Part shown: piece by piece, positions 49,435-58,641 of the stretch | Layout of the letters: the number at the start of each line of letters is the position of its first letter | How positions within the stretch are numbered: position 1 is the first letter of the stretch | From: Candidatus Woesearchaeota archaeon | GTDB lineage: Archaea > Nanobdellota > Nanobdellia > Woesearchaeales > GCA-2686295 | DNA length: 64,000 bases | Direction of reading: 5' to 3' | Assembly: GCA_937912225.1 (NCBI GenBank) | Contig: CALDOJ010000036.1 | Location: 31,191-95,190 of the forward strand | Program-made: the position numbers and the translations under genes | The notes under the pieces: generated by a model | What the model was told of the DNA's origin: nothing | Database searches by the model: none | The model's input: only the letters and a program-made list of their open reading frames with translations

Positions 49435-49734
49435 TTATTTGTTTAAAGCATCAAACTTCTCTTTTGCTTTACTTTCTTTCCAGAAAACTTCATGACTCGC
49501 TCTTTTTTCAAATAAAGAAATTGCAGTATTAATTATGTCTGATTGAAAATCTTTAAGGTTTTTATCTGAAAATAATTTCTTTGCATCATCAATACATTCT
49601 TTCATTAAAACAATATTATCTTCTCGACATTTTGATTCTTCTACTCTCTCTTCTTCTTCGCTTAAAAATATTTCTTCCCATTTAGGATAAGAACTTTTAT
49701 CAATTGTTTTTGGAAAAGATTTTGAAAACCCCAT
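49435..49734 (-). CDS. Hypothetical protein
   Basis: 99 aa, acidic, no recognisable motif. Confidence 0.35.
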   Translation of the reverse strand: MGFSKSFPKTIDKSSYPKWEEIFLSEEEERVEESKCREDNIVLMKECIDDAKKLFSDKNLKDFQSDIINTAISLFEKRASHEVFWKESKAKEKFDALNK

Positions 49735-49757
49735 AATGTTAGAGAAGAGTTGGAGAT

Positions 49758-50954
49758 TTATAAAGTTAACCCGTAATCATCCGAAAGAGCTTCGGAGTGT
49801 GAACCTTTAAAAAATTTAAATGAAACAATTAATCCTAAAAATAGTAATAATCCGTTCACAACAAACAAAACTCCAAATCCATAAATATCAACTATAAGTC
49901 CGCTAAAAATATAGCTTAAAAAACCACCAATTTTTGCTAATGACATGTATGAACAAACAACTTCTGCTTCTTTATTTAACCGTTCACCAATATCTGACAT
50001 TAAAGTCCATGCAGATACATTCCAAATTGAAGACCCTATTCCTAAGAAAAAAAGTATTACTAATAATATTGTATAGTTTGATGCAAATGCTAATAATAGT
50101 AATGAAAAACTATAAATTAAAATTCCTACAAACATAACTTTTGACCTGCCAAATTTATCTGCTAAATGACCAAAATAGAATTGAAATAAATGTGCTATTC
50201 CAATAAAAAATATTGCTACTCCAATAAAACTATAACCTAAATTTAATTTTTCAATAATAAATAATGGTAAAAAAACTTTAATTGCAGGTTGACTTGCATG
50301 TGCAACAAAGCCAAGTATCGCCATTCCTCTTAATGGTCTGATTGATAAAAAATTCTTTAAACTATCTAAGAAATTAAAATCATTTTTGTGAATCTTTTTC
50401 CTTAATTTTGGATTTCTAAAAACAAGTATAAAGCTTAATAGAATTAAAAGAAATGCTGTTAATAAGAATGGTGCTTTAACAAATAATTTATCGGCTAGAA
50501 CTCCGCCAAGAACTGGTGCAATAATTGCACCGATGTATTGTATGCTAAGACTAATTCCAGAATATTTTCCTCTATCTTTATCTGAAAGATGATCTTCAAC
50601 TTTAGCTAATGCAATTAAAGTTACGATAGTTATTGCAAGTGCATCAAGAATTCTTGCAAATGCAATCAAAGACCATGAAGTTCCTGAAAGATAAATTATT
50701 ATTGCAAGAAGCTGTATCATTAAACCAAATATTATTATTCTAAGCTTTCCAATATCATCTGCTAATTTTCCAAAAATTGGTGAAAAGAAAATTATTGCAA
50801 GCGGCATAACTGAGAATATTAATCCTAATTGAAAATTATCAAAACCTAAACTCTTAATATAAGGAGCTAAAACCGGTTCTATAAGAAAAATTGCGAAAGT
50901 AAAAAATACACTTATGCCTGTAGCTTTTATATATTCTCTAAAGTGCAATTTCAA
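49758..50954 (-). CDS. MFS transporter
   Basis: 398 aa, 12 predicted TM helices. MFS-type loop motif GKLADDIGKLRII between TM2 and TM3 and a repeat of it in the second half (GHLADKFGRSKVM). Confidence 0.8.
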   Translation of the reverse strand: MKLHFREYIKATGISVFFTFAIFLIEPVLAPYIKSLGFDNFQLGLIFSVMPLAIIFFSPIFGKLADDIGKLRIIIFGLMIQLLAIIIYLSGTSWSLIAFARILDALAITIVTLIALAKVEDHLSDKDRGKYSGISLSIQYIGAIIAPVLGGVLADKLFVKAPFLLTAFLLILLSFILVFRNPKLRKKIHKNDFNFLDSLKNFLSIRPLRGMAILGFVAHASQPAIKVFLPLFIIEKLNLGYSFIGVAIFFIGIAHLFQFYFGHLADKFGRSKVMFVGILIYSFSLLLLAFASNYTILLVILFFLGIGSSIWNVSAWTLMSDIGERLNKEAEVVCSYMSLAKIGGFLSYIFSGLIVDIYGFGVLFVVNGLLLFLGLIVSFKFFKGSHSEALSDDYGLTL

Positions 50955-50960
50955 ACCTCT

Positions 50961-52277
50961 TTATTCGAAAATTTTCTCTTTTTTATGTAGAGCAGATGGA
51001 GCTTCTCCTCCATGCCAAGTAAATCTTGGCCTGATTCTTATAGGATACATCTTCTCGTTAGTATCATCAAATATAATTGCAGAACCTTTTTCTCTAGGAA
51101 GATCATTTAATTGAGTTACTAAACCTTCACGCATATAAGACTGCATCAACATACCAAGTGCTTCAGTATCAAGCTTTGCAGTAATTCTATGAGCAATAAC
51201 AGTATCTGACTGAGTCATAACATCAGTATGAATTTTTCCTGGTTGCTGTGTTGCAAGAATTAAAGAAATTCCTGGTTGTCTTCCTTCTCTAAGAATTGTT
51301 ACAAGAGGGTCTGTTGCAGTAGTTTTTCCTTCTAATGGTAAAAATTCATGAGCTTCATCAATAACAAGCCATACAAGAGGAGATTCTTGTTTCTTAATTG
51401 CTTCATCTCCAAAGTAATTTACTGATTTATGAATGTCATGATACTCTTCTGATTTTCTAGCAACCATTCTTTCAATAAAAAGTTTTTGAGCAACTAAACC
51501 AATAACTAAATTCTTTATATTCCAAGAACCAGGCATTGTTGCATAACAAGATACATCTAAAACAGTTACTTGTCCACCTTTTGCTAAGTCACTAAGCGAA
51601 GTTCCTTCTTCATCAAAAACACCCCAATTATTTGCGTTCAAAAATTGATTTTTGGCAGCATTCTTTACTGAAGTATCAGCATCTTTGTTTTGCTTAATTG
51701 CAGAAAGTATATCTTTCATACTAAAGTCATCATTGTTTTCTTTTAAGTCGTGAATAACTGATTCAATTAATACACCAACTGGTTCGTGAGGACTAATTCC
51801 AAACGAGATGTTCCAATCTTCAGCATTTAATTCTGAAGGTTTTATTGAGAAAGGATGATCGGTTGGGATACCTTCATCTTTATATTTTTGATAGTAACCA
51901 ACAGGAGTGTATATTTGAACATCTAAACCTTTACCTTCTAGTTTCCATTCATCCAACAAATCTTTATCTTTCTTATTAGGATATTTCATAGTCCAATAAA
52001 TACCCATGGTATCAAGCATGATAACAGATATATTTTGTTTAATGTCTTTTGGCAAATTAGCCATACCTTCTGCAATAACACCCATAGTGTAAGATTTTCC
52101 GGATCCTCTCTTACCACATACAAAAATAACGTGTGAACGAACCATATCTAAAAAAACTTGATTAGAAAGAGAGGTAGTTCGACCCATCTTAACATAATGT
52201 TTTGCTAACAAAATAGTTCCTTCTGTTCCAAACTTTCTTTTGTCAGATTCACTTCGACCAACAACTATATCATACAT
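50961..52277 (-). CDS. HerA/FtsK-family P-loop ATPase (DUF87-like, DEAH Walker B)
   Basis: Walker A VCGKRGSGKSYT. HerA-type Walker B LVWLVIDEAHEFLP. Helicase-like …ILATQQP…TVIAHRI. 438 aa. 6-nt gap to the MFS gene, 57 nt after yjbQ. Confidence 0.7.
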   Translation of the reverse strand: MYDIVVGRSESDKRKFGTEGTILLAKHYVKMGRTTSLSNQVFLDMVRSHVIFVCGKRGSGKSYTMGVIAEGMANLPKDIKQNISVIMLDTMGIYWTMKYPNKKDKDLLDEWKLEGKGLDVQIYTPVGYYQKYKDEGIPTDHPFSIKPSELNAEDWNISFGISPHEPVGVLIESVIHDLKENNDDFSMKDILSAIKQNKDADTSVKNAAKNQFLNANNWGVFDEEGTSLSDLAKGGQVTVLDVSCYATMPGSWNIKNLVIGLVAQKLFIERMVARKSEEYHDIHKSVNYFGDEAIKKQESPLVWLVIDEAHEFLPLEGKTTATDPLVTILREGRQPGISLILATQQPGKIHTDVMTQSDTVIAHRITAKLDTEALGMLMQSYMREGLVTQLNDLPREKGSAIIFDDTNEKMYPIRIRPRFTWHGGEAPSALHKKEKIFE

Positions 52278-52334
52278 ATAGCTTATTTAGTAGAGAACTA
52301 ATATAAATATTTATTCTAATTGGATAGTAGAGTC

Positions 52335-52796
52335 TTACTCGCCAAGAATATTGATTGCAACATGCCTTTTACTTTTCAAAGGTCTAGGACAAGGACCATC
52401 AAATTCTGCAAAGATAATTCTTTGATATTTTCCAAGGTCAAGTTTTCCTTCATATAAAGAAATTGTTTCACTGTTTCTAGAATAAAGAGCTGCTTTAATA
52501 TGACTATGAGCATTAGGTGGTTCATCTTCAGGACAATTTCTTTTACTAACATCATTATGAAGATAATCCTTATGACTTGGAGCAACTTCATTCAAATAAT
52601 ACTCTAAATCTTTCAAAAGTCTTTCTTCATATTCATTAACCATTATGCCAGTTGTAGTGTGCATTGCTTGAACTAAAACTTGACCATTTTCTTTTCCAGA
52701 CTTTTTAATTTCTTCAAGAACTAAATCAGTAATATCTGTTAATTGTGTGTGATGTTCAGTTTCTAATTTTAAAATTGTTCTATACATATCAAACAT
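52335..52796 (-). CDS. yjbQ: YjbQ/UPF0047 family protein
   Basis: …VLVQAMHTTTGIMVNE…HIKAALYSRNSETISLYEGKLDLGKYQRIIFAEFDGPCPR matches the UPF0047 pattern. Confidence 0.7.
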   Translation of the reverse strand: MFDMYRTILKLETEHHTQLTDITDLVLEEIKKSGKENGQVLVQAMHTTTGIMVNEYEERLLKDLEYYLNEVAPSHKDYLHNDVSKRNCPEDEPPNAHSHIKAALYSRNSETISLYEGKLDLGKYQRIIFAEFDGPCPRPLKSKRHVAINILGE

Positions 52797-52820
52797 TTTG
52801 CTTTAAAAAAATAAAAGTTA

Positions 52821-52845
52821 TTTATATAACTTTGTAAAAGCAAAA
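52821..52845. promoter_or_regulatory. Promoter module TTTATATAACTTTGTAAAAGCAAAA (copy 1)
   Basis: TATA box plus 17 bp. The identical 25-mer recurs at 53493-53517. Copy 1 lies about 25 nt upstream of the yjbQ start on the minus strand. Confidence 0.5.
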
Positions 52846-52863
52846 AAATGTTAATTTTGTTGA

Positions 52864-53448
52864 TTATAATTTAATCAAAAATAATATTCCTATTAAAGCA
52901 ATAAATAAACCACAAACTCTAAGTGTTTTATTCAAAGCATTCTTCTTAGTGAACCAATAACCAAAATATAGTCCTGAAAGATGAATTATTATTGTTGTTA
53001 GAATAAATCCAACAACATACAAATAAGGACTTGCAATTTGAGGAACTTCCATTCCATGTGCATAACCGTGAAATATTCCAAAAAATGCAATAAAGAGACT
53101 TGTTATTATTATTGATAATTTTTTTTCTGAAAAAATAGCTATTCCTAAAATGATAACTGAAATTGCAATTCCTAATTCAACTCCAATAAAAGGAATAAAA
53201 TTTAAGCCCATAACTCCTCCAACAATCATAAATAATACAAAAATTAAAGGAACACTCCATAAAGCATAGCCACCTATTTGAGCACTTATTATTCCTACAC
53301 TAAGCATTGCCAACAAATGATCTGATCCGAAAATTGGATGGGTTAAACCTGCAATTAATCCACCCATACCATGACCTTGATGTCCTAAAACAAATTTACT
53401 AAATAAAGGAATATTAAGAAAAAAAATTAATATTTTTTTAAAATTCAT
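52864..53448 (-). CDS. HupE/UreJ-family membrane protein (Ni/Co transporter-like)
   Basis: GHQGHGMGGLIAGLTHPIFGSDHLLAMLSVGIISAQIGG and GIFHGYAHG His-rich motifs. 6 TM helices. Confidence 0.75.
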   Translation of the reverse strand: MNFKKILIFFLNIPLFSKFVLGHQGHGMGGLIAGLTHPIFGSDHLLAMLSVGIISAQIGGYALWSVPLIFVLFMIVGGVMGLNFIPFIGVELGIAISVIILGIAIFSEKKLSIIITSLFIAFFGIFHGYAHGMEVPQIASPYLYVVGFILTTIIIHLSGLYFGYWFTKKNALNKTLRVCGLFIALIGILFLIKL

Positions 53449-53492
53449 ATTTAATCACAATAATAAGTTTTTAGCAGAAAAATAAAAATTTC

Positions 53493-53517
53493 TTTATATA
53501 ACTTTGTAAAAGCAAAA
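53493..53517. promoter_or_regulatory. Promoter module TTTATATAACTTTGTAAAAGCAAAA (copy 2) in the hupE/PPIase divergent region
   Basis: Exact repeat of 52821-52845, placed between the hupE start (53448, minus) and the PPIase start (53575, plus). Confidence 0.5.
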
Positions 53518-53574
53518 CTTTAAATAAATAATTTCACTCATCATGACAAAAAGGGTGTGAAGAAATTATACTAG

Positions 53575-55053
53575 GTGATAATAGTGGCCAAAAAAAGAAT
53601 TAAGAAGACTACCCAAAAGACTTCTAAAAAATCATTAAAAGTTCCAAAACCTAAAAAAAGTTATACATGGATGATGCCTGTTTTAGGTGTAATAATAATC
53701 GCAGCAGTTTTATTTTTCAACAGAGGACACTTTGATGAAAAAGTAATAACTGGAGAAGGAAAAATTGTTGGTTATTTGAACAACAACGCAATATATCAAT
53801 CAGAAGTTCAAGCACAGTTTGAATTACTTCCACCAGAATTAAGTGGTTTAATGGATGAGAAAACTTTGTTAAGTCAAATGATTGATGAAAAAATCTTACT
53901 ATCTAAATCTGAAGAACTTGGATTAACTGCTAGCTCAGAAGAAGTTGAAGCTGAAATTAATAATATCTTAGCTCAAAACGGATTAACTGCTGAGCAATTA
54001 GATCAAAACTTACAAGCTCAAGGAGTTTCATTAAAAATATTAAAAGAAATGTTTGGAAAACAAATCTCAATTAATAAATTATTAACTCAAGAAGCATTTT
54101 CAAGAATTAAAATTAGTGAAGCAGACCTTCAAATGTTCTACGCTGCAAATCTTGACCAGTTTCAAACTGGAGAACAAGTTAAAGCAAGACATATTCTAGT
54201 TCAATATGGTGATATGAGCGAAGAAGAAACTTTATTGGCTATGAATGCGATTGAAAAATTATTAACAGAAGATGATTCAAACTTTTGTGAATTAGTAACT
54301 GAATATTCTGAAGATCCTGGAAGTATTTCTACATGCGGAGAATACACTTTCCCTAGAGGAATGATGGTCAAAGAATTTGAAGAAGCAGCATTTACTCAGG
54401 AAGTTGGTGAAAAAACAGTTGTTAAGACTCAATTTGGATATCATTTAGTTCAAACTTTAGAAAAACTTTCTGCAGAAACAGTTCCATTAGAAGCTGCTTC
54501 AGAACAAATAAGAGAAATCTTAGTAGTTCAAGAACAACAAACTGTTTTCGCATTATATGTTGAAGAATTAAAAGCAGAAAATGAAATCGTAAACTGTTAT
54601 GCAACTCCTGAAGTAGACTTGTGTATTGAAGAAGAAACTCAAGTTGAAGACTTGGATGAAGTTGAAGAAGAAGTAGAAGAAGATGAAACTATTGTTAATG
54701 AAATCGAGTTAGAAGATGAAACTATTGAAGTTGAAACAACTATTGAAATTTCAGGAGAAACAAAAACAGATTCAACTATGGATTTATTTGCCAAATGTTT
54801 AACTGAGAAAAATACTAAATTATACGGAACTTTCTGGAGTAGTCAAAGCACAACTCAGAAAGAAATGTTTGGAGATTCACTTCAATATTTAAATTATGTC
54901 GAATGTTCAATCGAAGGTAATACTAGAGATCAAACTGATACTTGTAGAGATGCAAATATTTCCGGTTATCCTACTTGGGAGATTAATGGTAGAAAATATC
55001 CAGGACCTCAAACATTAGAAAAAATTGCTCAATTAAGTGGATGCACGCTATAA
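53575..55053 (+). CDS. Membrane-anchored parvulin-type peptidyl-prolyl isomerase (SurA/PrsA-like) with C-terminal thioredoxin-like SxxS domain
   Basis: GTG start. Basic N-tail plus TM (WMMPVLGVIIIAAVLFF). SurA-like chaperone region. PpiC domain (VKARHILVQ…GEYTFPRGMMVKEFEEAAF…FGYHLV). Acidic linker. C-terminal …YGTFWSSQSTTQKE…GYPTWEINGRKY resembles a thioredoxin fold with CxxC replaced by SxxS. Confidence 0.7.
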   Translation: MIIVAKKRIKKTTQKTSKKSLKVPKPKKSYTWMMPVLGVIIIAAVLFFNRGHFDEKVITGEGKIVGYLNNNAIYQSEVQAQFELLPPELSGLMDEKTLLSQMIDEKILLSKSEELGLTASSEEVEAEINNILAQNGLTAEQLDQNLQAQGVSLKILKEMFGKQISINKLLTQEAFSRIKISEADLQMFYAANLDQFQTGEQVKARHILVQYGDMSEEETLLAMNAIEKLLTEDDSNFCELVTEYSEDPGSISTCGEYTFPRGMMVKEFEEAAFTQEVGEKTVVKTQFGYHLVQTLEKLSAETVPLEAASEQIREILVVQEQQTVFALYVEELKAENEIVNCYATPEVDLCIEEETQVEDLDEVEEEVEEDETIVNEIELEDETIEVETTIEISGETKTDSTMDLFAKCLTEKNTKLYGTFWSSQSTTQKEMFGDSLQYLNYVECSIEGNTRDQTDTCRDANISGYPTWEINGRKYPGPQTLEKIAQLSGCTL

Positions 55054-55089
55054 GCGATATGTTTATAAAGTATATAACATTCACAATAG

Positions 55090-55260
55090 TTACTTTATGT
55101 GAAATGGTCCTTTTTTGAGGGAAGCATTATGCTTTGCTATGAGATCAAGACACTCTTACATAAACCAGCCCGACACAGAGAGTAACTTAACGGAGCACGA
55201 CATTAGTCAAGCAATGAGTTTGAGCGTTGGTGCCTCGGGCAACATAACTTTTCAAGTTAT
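55090..55260 (+). ncRNA. Candidate structured small RNA in a GC-enriched island (identity unknown)
   Basis: A 430-bp ORF-free gap. A TTTATAAAGTATATAAC TATA-like element at ~55068-55085 is followed by a ~50% GC segment (…CCAGCCCGACACAGAGAGTAACTTAACGGAGCACGAC…GAGCGTTGGTGCCTCGGGCAAC…). GCCCGA/TCGGGC and AAGCATTATGCTT palindromes, and a terminal hairpin CATAACTT-TTC-AAGTTATG at ~55230-55250. Strand and extent are uncertain. Confidence 0.3.
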
Positions 55261-55514
55261 GAAAAAAAACAATAATGTTCATTAATCATAGAACAAGTTC
55301 ACTATCATTCATTTATCACACAGTACCAAAGTATTTTGAATAGTAAAAAACTTGTTCTAAGAAAAAGTATAACTTATCATAATTATTTCATTTAAAATTA
55401 GTAAATAATCAGAGATTACCAATAGAGATAACAAAGACGATAAAACAACAAAAAGTTGTACTTTTTCTAAAAAAAAGCTTAGTGAATTATAAATTTAAAA
55501 GGAGGTCATTAAAA

Positions 55515-56765
55515 ATGGCAAAAATAGCACAAGTTGCAGCAAAATATATTGTTCATGCAAACATAAATATAGAAGGAGTCGTAGATAAACCAGATGTAAT
55601 AGGCGCAATCTTCGGACAAACAGAAGGATTATTAGGAGCTGATTTAGAATTAAGAGAGCTTCAAAGATCAGGAAGAATTGGTAGAATTGAAGTAAACGTT
55701 GAAACTAAAGGCGGTAAAACAACAGGAGAAATAATAATTCCTAGTTCATTAGACAAAGCTGAAACAGCAATTGTTGGAGCAGCTTTAGAAATTATTCAAA
55801 GAATTGGTCCTTGTAACGCAAAGATCAAAGTTGAAGGCATTGAAGATATTAGAATTTCAAAGAGACAATTCGTTATCGAGAGAGCAAAAGAACTTTTAAA
55901 AAACTTAATGGATGGAGTATTACCAGATTCACAAGAATTAGCTGATGAAGTAGCTTATTCAGTAAGAATTATGGAAATACAAGAATATGGTAAAGAAAGA
56001 TTACCTGCAGGACCAGGCATTGAAGATAGCGAAGAAATAATTCTTGTTGAAGGAAGAGCAGATGTTTTAACTCTTTTAAAACACGGTTTTAAAAACGCGA
56101 TTGCTATGAACGGAACAAGTGTTCCACAAACAATTATAGAACTTTGTAAAACAAAAGAAATAACTGTTTTCGTTGATGGAGATAGAGGGGGAGATCTTAT
56201 TATAAAAGAACTTTTCAACGTAGCGGAAGTTGACTTTGTTACAAAAGCTCCTGACGGAAAAGAAGTAGAAGAATTAACACAAAAAGAAATCCATAAAGCT
56301 TTAAGAAGTAAAGTTGCAGCAGAACAAGCTAAACTAGAAACAAAAGTAGCTCCTTCTCAAACTAGAGAAAAACCTGCACCTGCAAAACCATTTGAAAGAC
56401 GAAATGAAAAATTTTCAAGACCAGTTGCAAGAACTGAAGAAAGTAAACCCGCAGCTAAAGTTGAGAAGAAAAAACTTTCTTCTAAAGAAAAAGAGTCTTT
56501 TAATGGAATGTTAGAAGACCTTATTGGAACAAGAGGCGCTTATGTTTTAGATGAGAGTCTTAATATTTTAGGAAAAGTTCCTGTTTCAGAACTTCAAAGT
56601 ACAATTAGAAGTTTAAGATCTGGAATTTATGCCGTTATCTTAGATGGAACAATTGAAAAAGACCTTGTAAGCATTGCTGAAAGAGCAAATGTTAATATTT
56701 TAGTAGCAATGGATTGCAAAGTTAAATCTACAAGAGTTCAAATATTTACAGGCGACGACTTGTAA
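55515..56765 (+). CDS. dnaG: Archaeal DnaG-type primase (Toprim)
   Basis: Toprim motifs IILVEGRADVLTLLKHGFKNAIAMNGTS…VFVDGDRGGDLI. Conserved archaeal DnaG N-terminus AKIAQVAAKYIVHANI. The ATG at 55515 is preceded by GGAGGT (the ORF track's 55482 start is less likely). T-rich tract after the stop. Confidence 0.88.
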   Translation: MAKIAQVAAKYIVHANINIEGVVDKPDVIGAIFGQTEGLLGADLELRELQRSGRIGRIEVNVETKGGKTTGEIIIPSSLDKAETAIVGAALEIIQRIGPCNAKIKVEGIEDIRISKRQFVIERAKELLKNLMDGVLPDSQELADEVAYSVRIMEIQEYGKERLPAGPGIEDSEEIILVEGRADVLTLLKHGFKNAIAMNGTSVPQTIIELCKTKEITVFVDGDRGGDLIIKELFNVAEVDFVTKAPDGKEVEELTQKEIHKALRSKVAAEQAKLETKVAPSQTREKPAPAKPFERRNEKFSRPVARTEESKPAAKVEKKKLSSKEKESFNGMLEDLIGTRGAYVLDESLNILGKVPVSELQSTIRSLRSGIYAVILDGTIEKDLVSIAERANVNILVAMDCKVKSTRVQIFTGDDL

Positions 56766-56800
56766 ATGTTATTTTTTTCTTTTTATTTTAATATTCTATA

Positions 56801-57490
56801 ATGACTCAAACCAAAGAAGAATGGAAAGTTTTTAAAAACGTTTTCTCAGAATTTTCTTTAAGGAGCTTATTTAAACTTCAGACAGAAGGTCATTTTGAAG
56901 AATTGGTAAGCCCTATTATGATTGGTAAGGAAGCTAATGTTTTTTCTGCAATAACTAAGGAAGGCGACACCATCATTGTAAAAATTTATCGACTTGAAAA
57001 TTGTAATTTTAATAAGATGTATCAGTATATTAGAGCAGACCCTAGATTTGCAAAATTAAAAAGACAAAAACGTGATATTGTATTTGCTTGGACTCAAAGA
57101 GAATACAAAAATTTAATGGTCGCACGAGAAGCCATAAATGTTCCAACACCTATAACTTTTAAGAATAATATTTTAGTTATGGAAATGATTGGCGATCCAG
57201 CTCCAATGTTAAAAGATTGTAGACCTGATGATGCAGAAGATTTCTTAAAACAAGTTCTTGAAACTGTACAACTATTAAAAGAAAAAGGGTTAGTTCATGG
57301 AGACTTATCTGAATTTAACATCTTAAACGAAAATGAAAAACCAGTATTCATAGATTTCTCACAATCAACTCTTACAAAGACGCCTAATGCTAAGGATTTG
57401 TATGATCGAGACTTAGAAAACTTAAAAAGATTCTTTTCTAAACTAATTAAAAAGGACAGAATTGAAGAAATATTTAAAGAATTTTTTTAA
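56801..57490 (+). CDS. RIO-type atypical serine protein kinase (Rio1-like, no wHTH)
   Basis: …IGKEANVF…IIVKIYR (ATP lysine)…LVMEMIGD…LVHGDLSEFNIL…FIDFSQS (catalytic and metal-binding Asp). Confidence 0.8.
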   Translation: MTQTKEEWKVFKNVFSEFSLRSLFKLQTEGHFEELVSPIMIGKEANVFSAITKEGDTIIVKIYRLENCNFNKMYQYIRADPRFAKLKRQKRDIVFAWTQREYKNLMVAREAINVPTPITFKNNILVMEMIGDPAPMLKDCRPDDAEDFLKQVLETVQLLKEKGLVHGDLSEFNILNENEKPVFIDFSQSTLTKTPNAKDLYDRDLENLKRFFSKLIKKDRIEEIFKEFF

Positions 57491-57525
57491 TAACATTTTT
57501 ATAGGAAGTTTTTTTCTAAACTTGT

Positions 57526-58068
57526 ATGGACGAGTATATTCATGAGATAAAAATTCCAAAGGCAAGAATCGCAGTACTTATAGGTACAAAAGGCGAAACT
57601 AAGAACGAATTAGAAGAATATACTAGAACTAGCATAGATGTTGATTCTAAAGAAGGAGAAGTTAAAATTAGTGGAACTGATCCTATTAAACTTTACGCTG
57701 TTAAAGAGATGATTCTTGCAATTAGTAGAGGGTTTAATCCTGATATTGCTAAATTATTATTAAAAGCAGATTATGTTATTGAAATTGTTTCATTAGCAGA
57801 GTTTTCTGACAAAAAAAATCAATTAGATAGAGTTCGTGGACGAGTAATTGGTAAAAAAGGAAAATCCAGAGCTACAATCGAAAACTTAACCGATACTTAT
57901 GTTTCTGTTTACGGGAAAACTATTTCTATTATTGGTGAATCTCATAAAGTAACTCTTGCAAGAAAAGCTGTTGAAAATTTATTAAAAGGCAGTACACATT
58001 CAGCAGTTTACAAATGGCTTGAAAAGAATCGTCAAAAAATGAAACAAGAAGAAATAACTGGTTTCTAA
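57526..58068 (+). CDS. KH-domain RNA-binding protein (Dim2/Pno1-like, two KH domains)
   Basis: IPKARIAVLIGTKGETKNELEEYT and VRGRVIGKKGKSRATIENLTDTYV GxxG-containing KH motifs. Adjacent to the RIO kinase, as in many archaea. Confidence 0.7.
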   Translation: MDEYIHEIKIPKARIAVLIGTKGETKNELEEYTRTSIDVDSKEGEVKISGTDPIKLYAVKEMILAISRGFNPDIAKLLLKADYVIEIVSLAEFSDKKNQLDRVRGRVIGKKGKSRATIENLTDTYVSVYGKTISIIGESHKVTLARKAVENLLKGSTHSAVYKWLEKNRQKMKQEEITGF

Positions 58069-58550
58069 GCACTTAATAATTGAATATCTTTTGCTCTATA
58101 ACAAAAATCTTTTTCTTGATCATCATTTATTTTATCACATAAAAAATCTTTTTCAAAAAGAGTCACATAACAACCATACTTTTGTTCATCGCCAACAATA
58201 TTTTTACAACCACTTCCAAAAGCCATAGTTGATTCTTGAATTTCAGGTTGAATAACTAGAATATCTTTATTAACTAATTCTCTACTCAAATCTAATTTTG
58301 CAATTGCAAAATACATCATAGAAATAAATACTAATATTAAAAAGAACAATCCAACAACAATTGATATCTCATGTTTAGTTTTTTTTAAAGAACCTTTTTT
58401 TTGTTCTGCAAATATATAATCAACCGCTATATCAAAATCACCTGAAGAAGTTCCTCTTTTGACAAGATAGTCTCTTATTGTTTTTAAATCATAACCTGCC
58501 TTCATCTGATCCTGAATATAAGAAATAAGTTCCGAACTCACCATGTTCAA
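58065..58550 (-). CDS. Hypothetical single-pass membrane protein
   Basis: 161 aa. Central TM (IVVGLFFLILVFISMMYFAIA). Cys-rich C-terminal segment. Convergent with the KH gene, overlapping by 4 nt. Confidence 0.4.
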   Translation of the reverse strand: MNMVSSELISYIQDQMKAGYDLKTIRDYLVKRGTSSGDFDIAVDYIFAEQKKGSLKKTKHEISIVVGLFFLILVFISMMYFAIAKLDLSRELVNKDILVIQPEIQESTMAFGSGCKNIVGDEQKYGCYVTLFEKDFLCDKINDDQEKDFCYRAKDIQLLSA

Positions 58551-58641
58551 TTAATTGCAGTAGTTATATTTAAATCTTTTTAACTAAAATCGAGTAGAAA
58601 GATTTATTAAGGAAAACTAAATTATCAAAATTGAAAAAAAT

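Noticed and set aside
55090-55260. Possible 5S rRNA or RNase P RNA fragment
   Set aside because: Partial resemblance of CCCGACACAGAGAGUAACUUAACGG to 5S loop-C (CCGAACUCAGAAGUGAAAC) and to RNase P CR-V (ACAGAA…GCUUA.CGG). But motif order, helix I pairing and the other universally conserved blocks (GGGAAAGUCC; GCGCCGAUGGUAG) are not present. Kept only as an unassigned candidate ncRNA.
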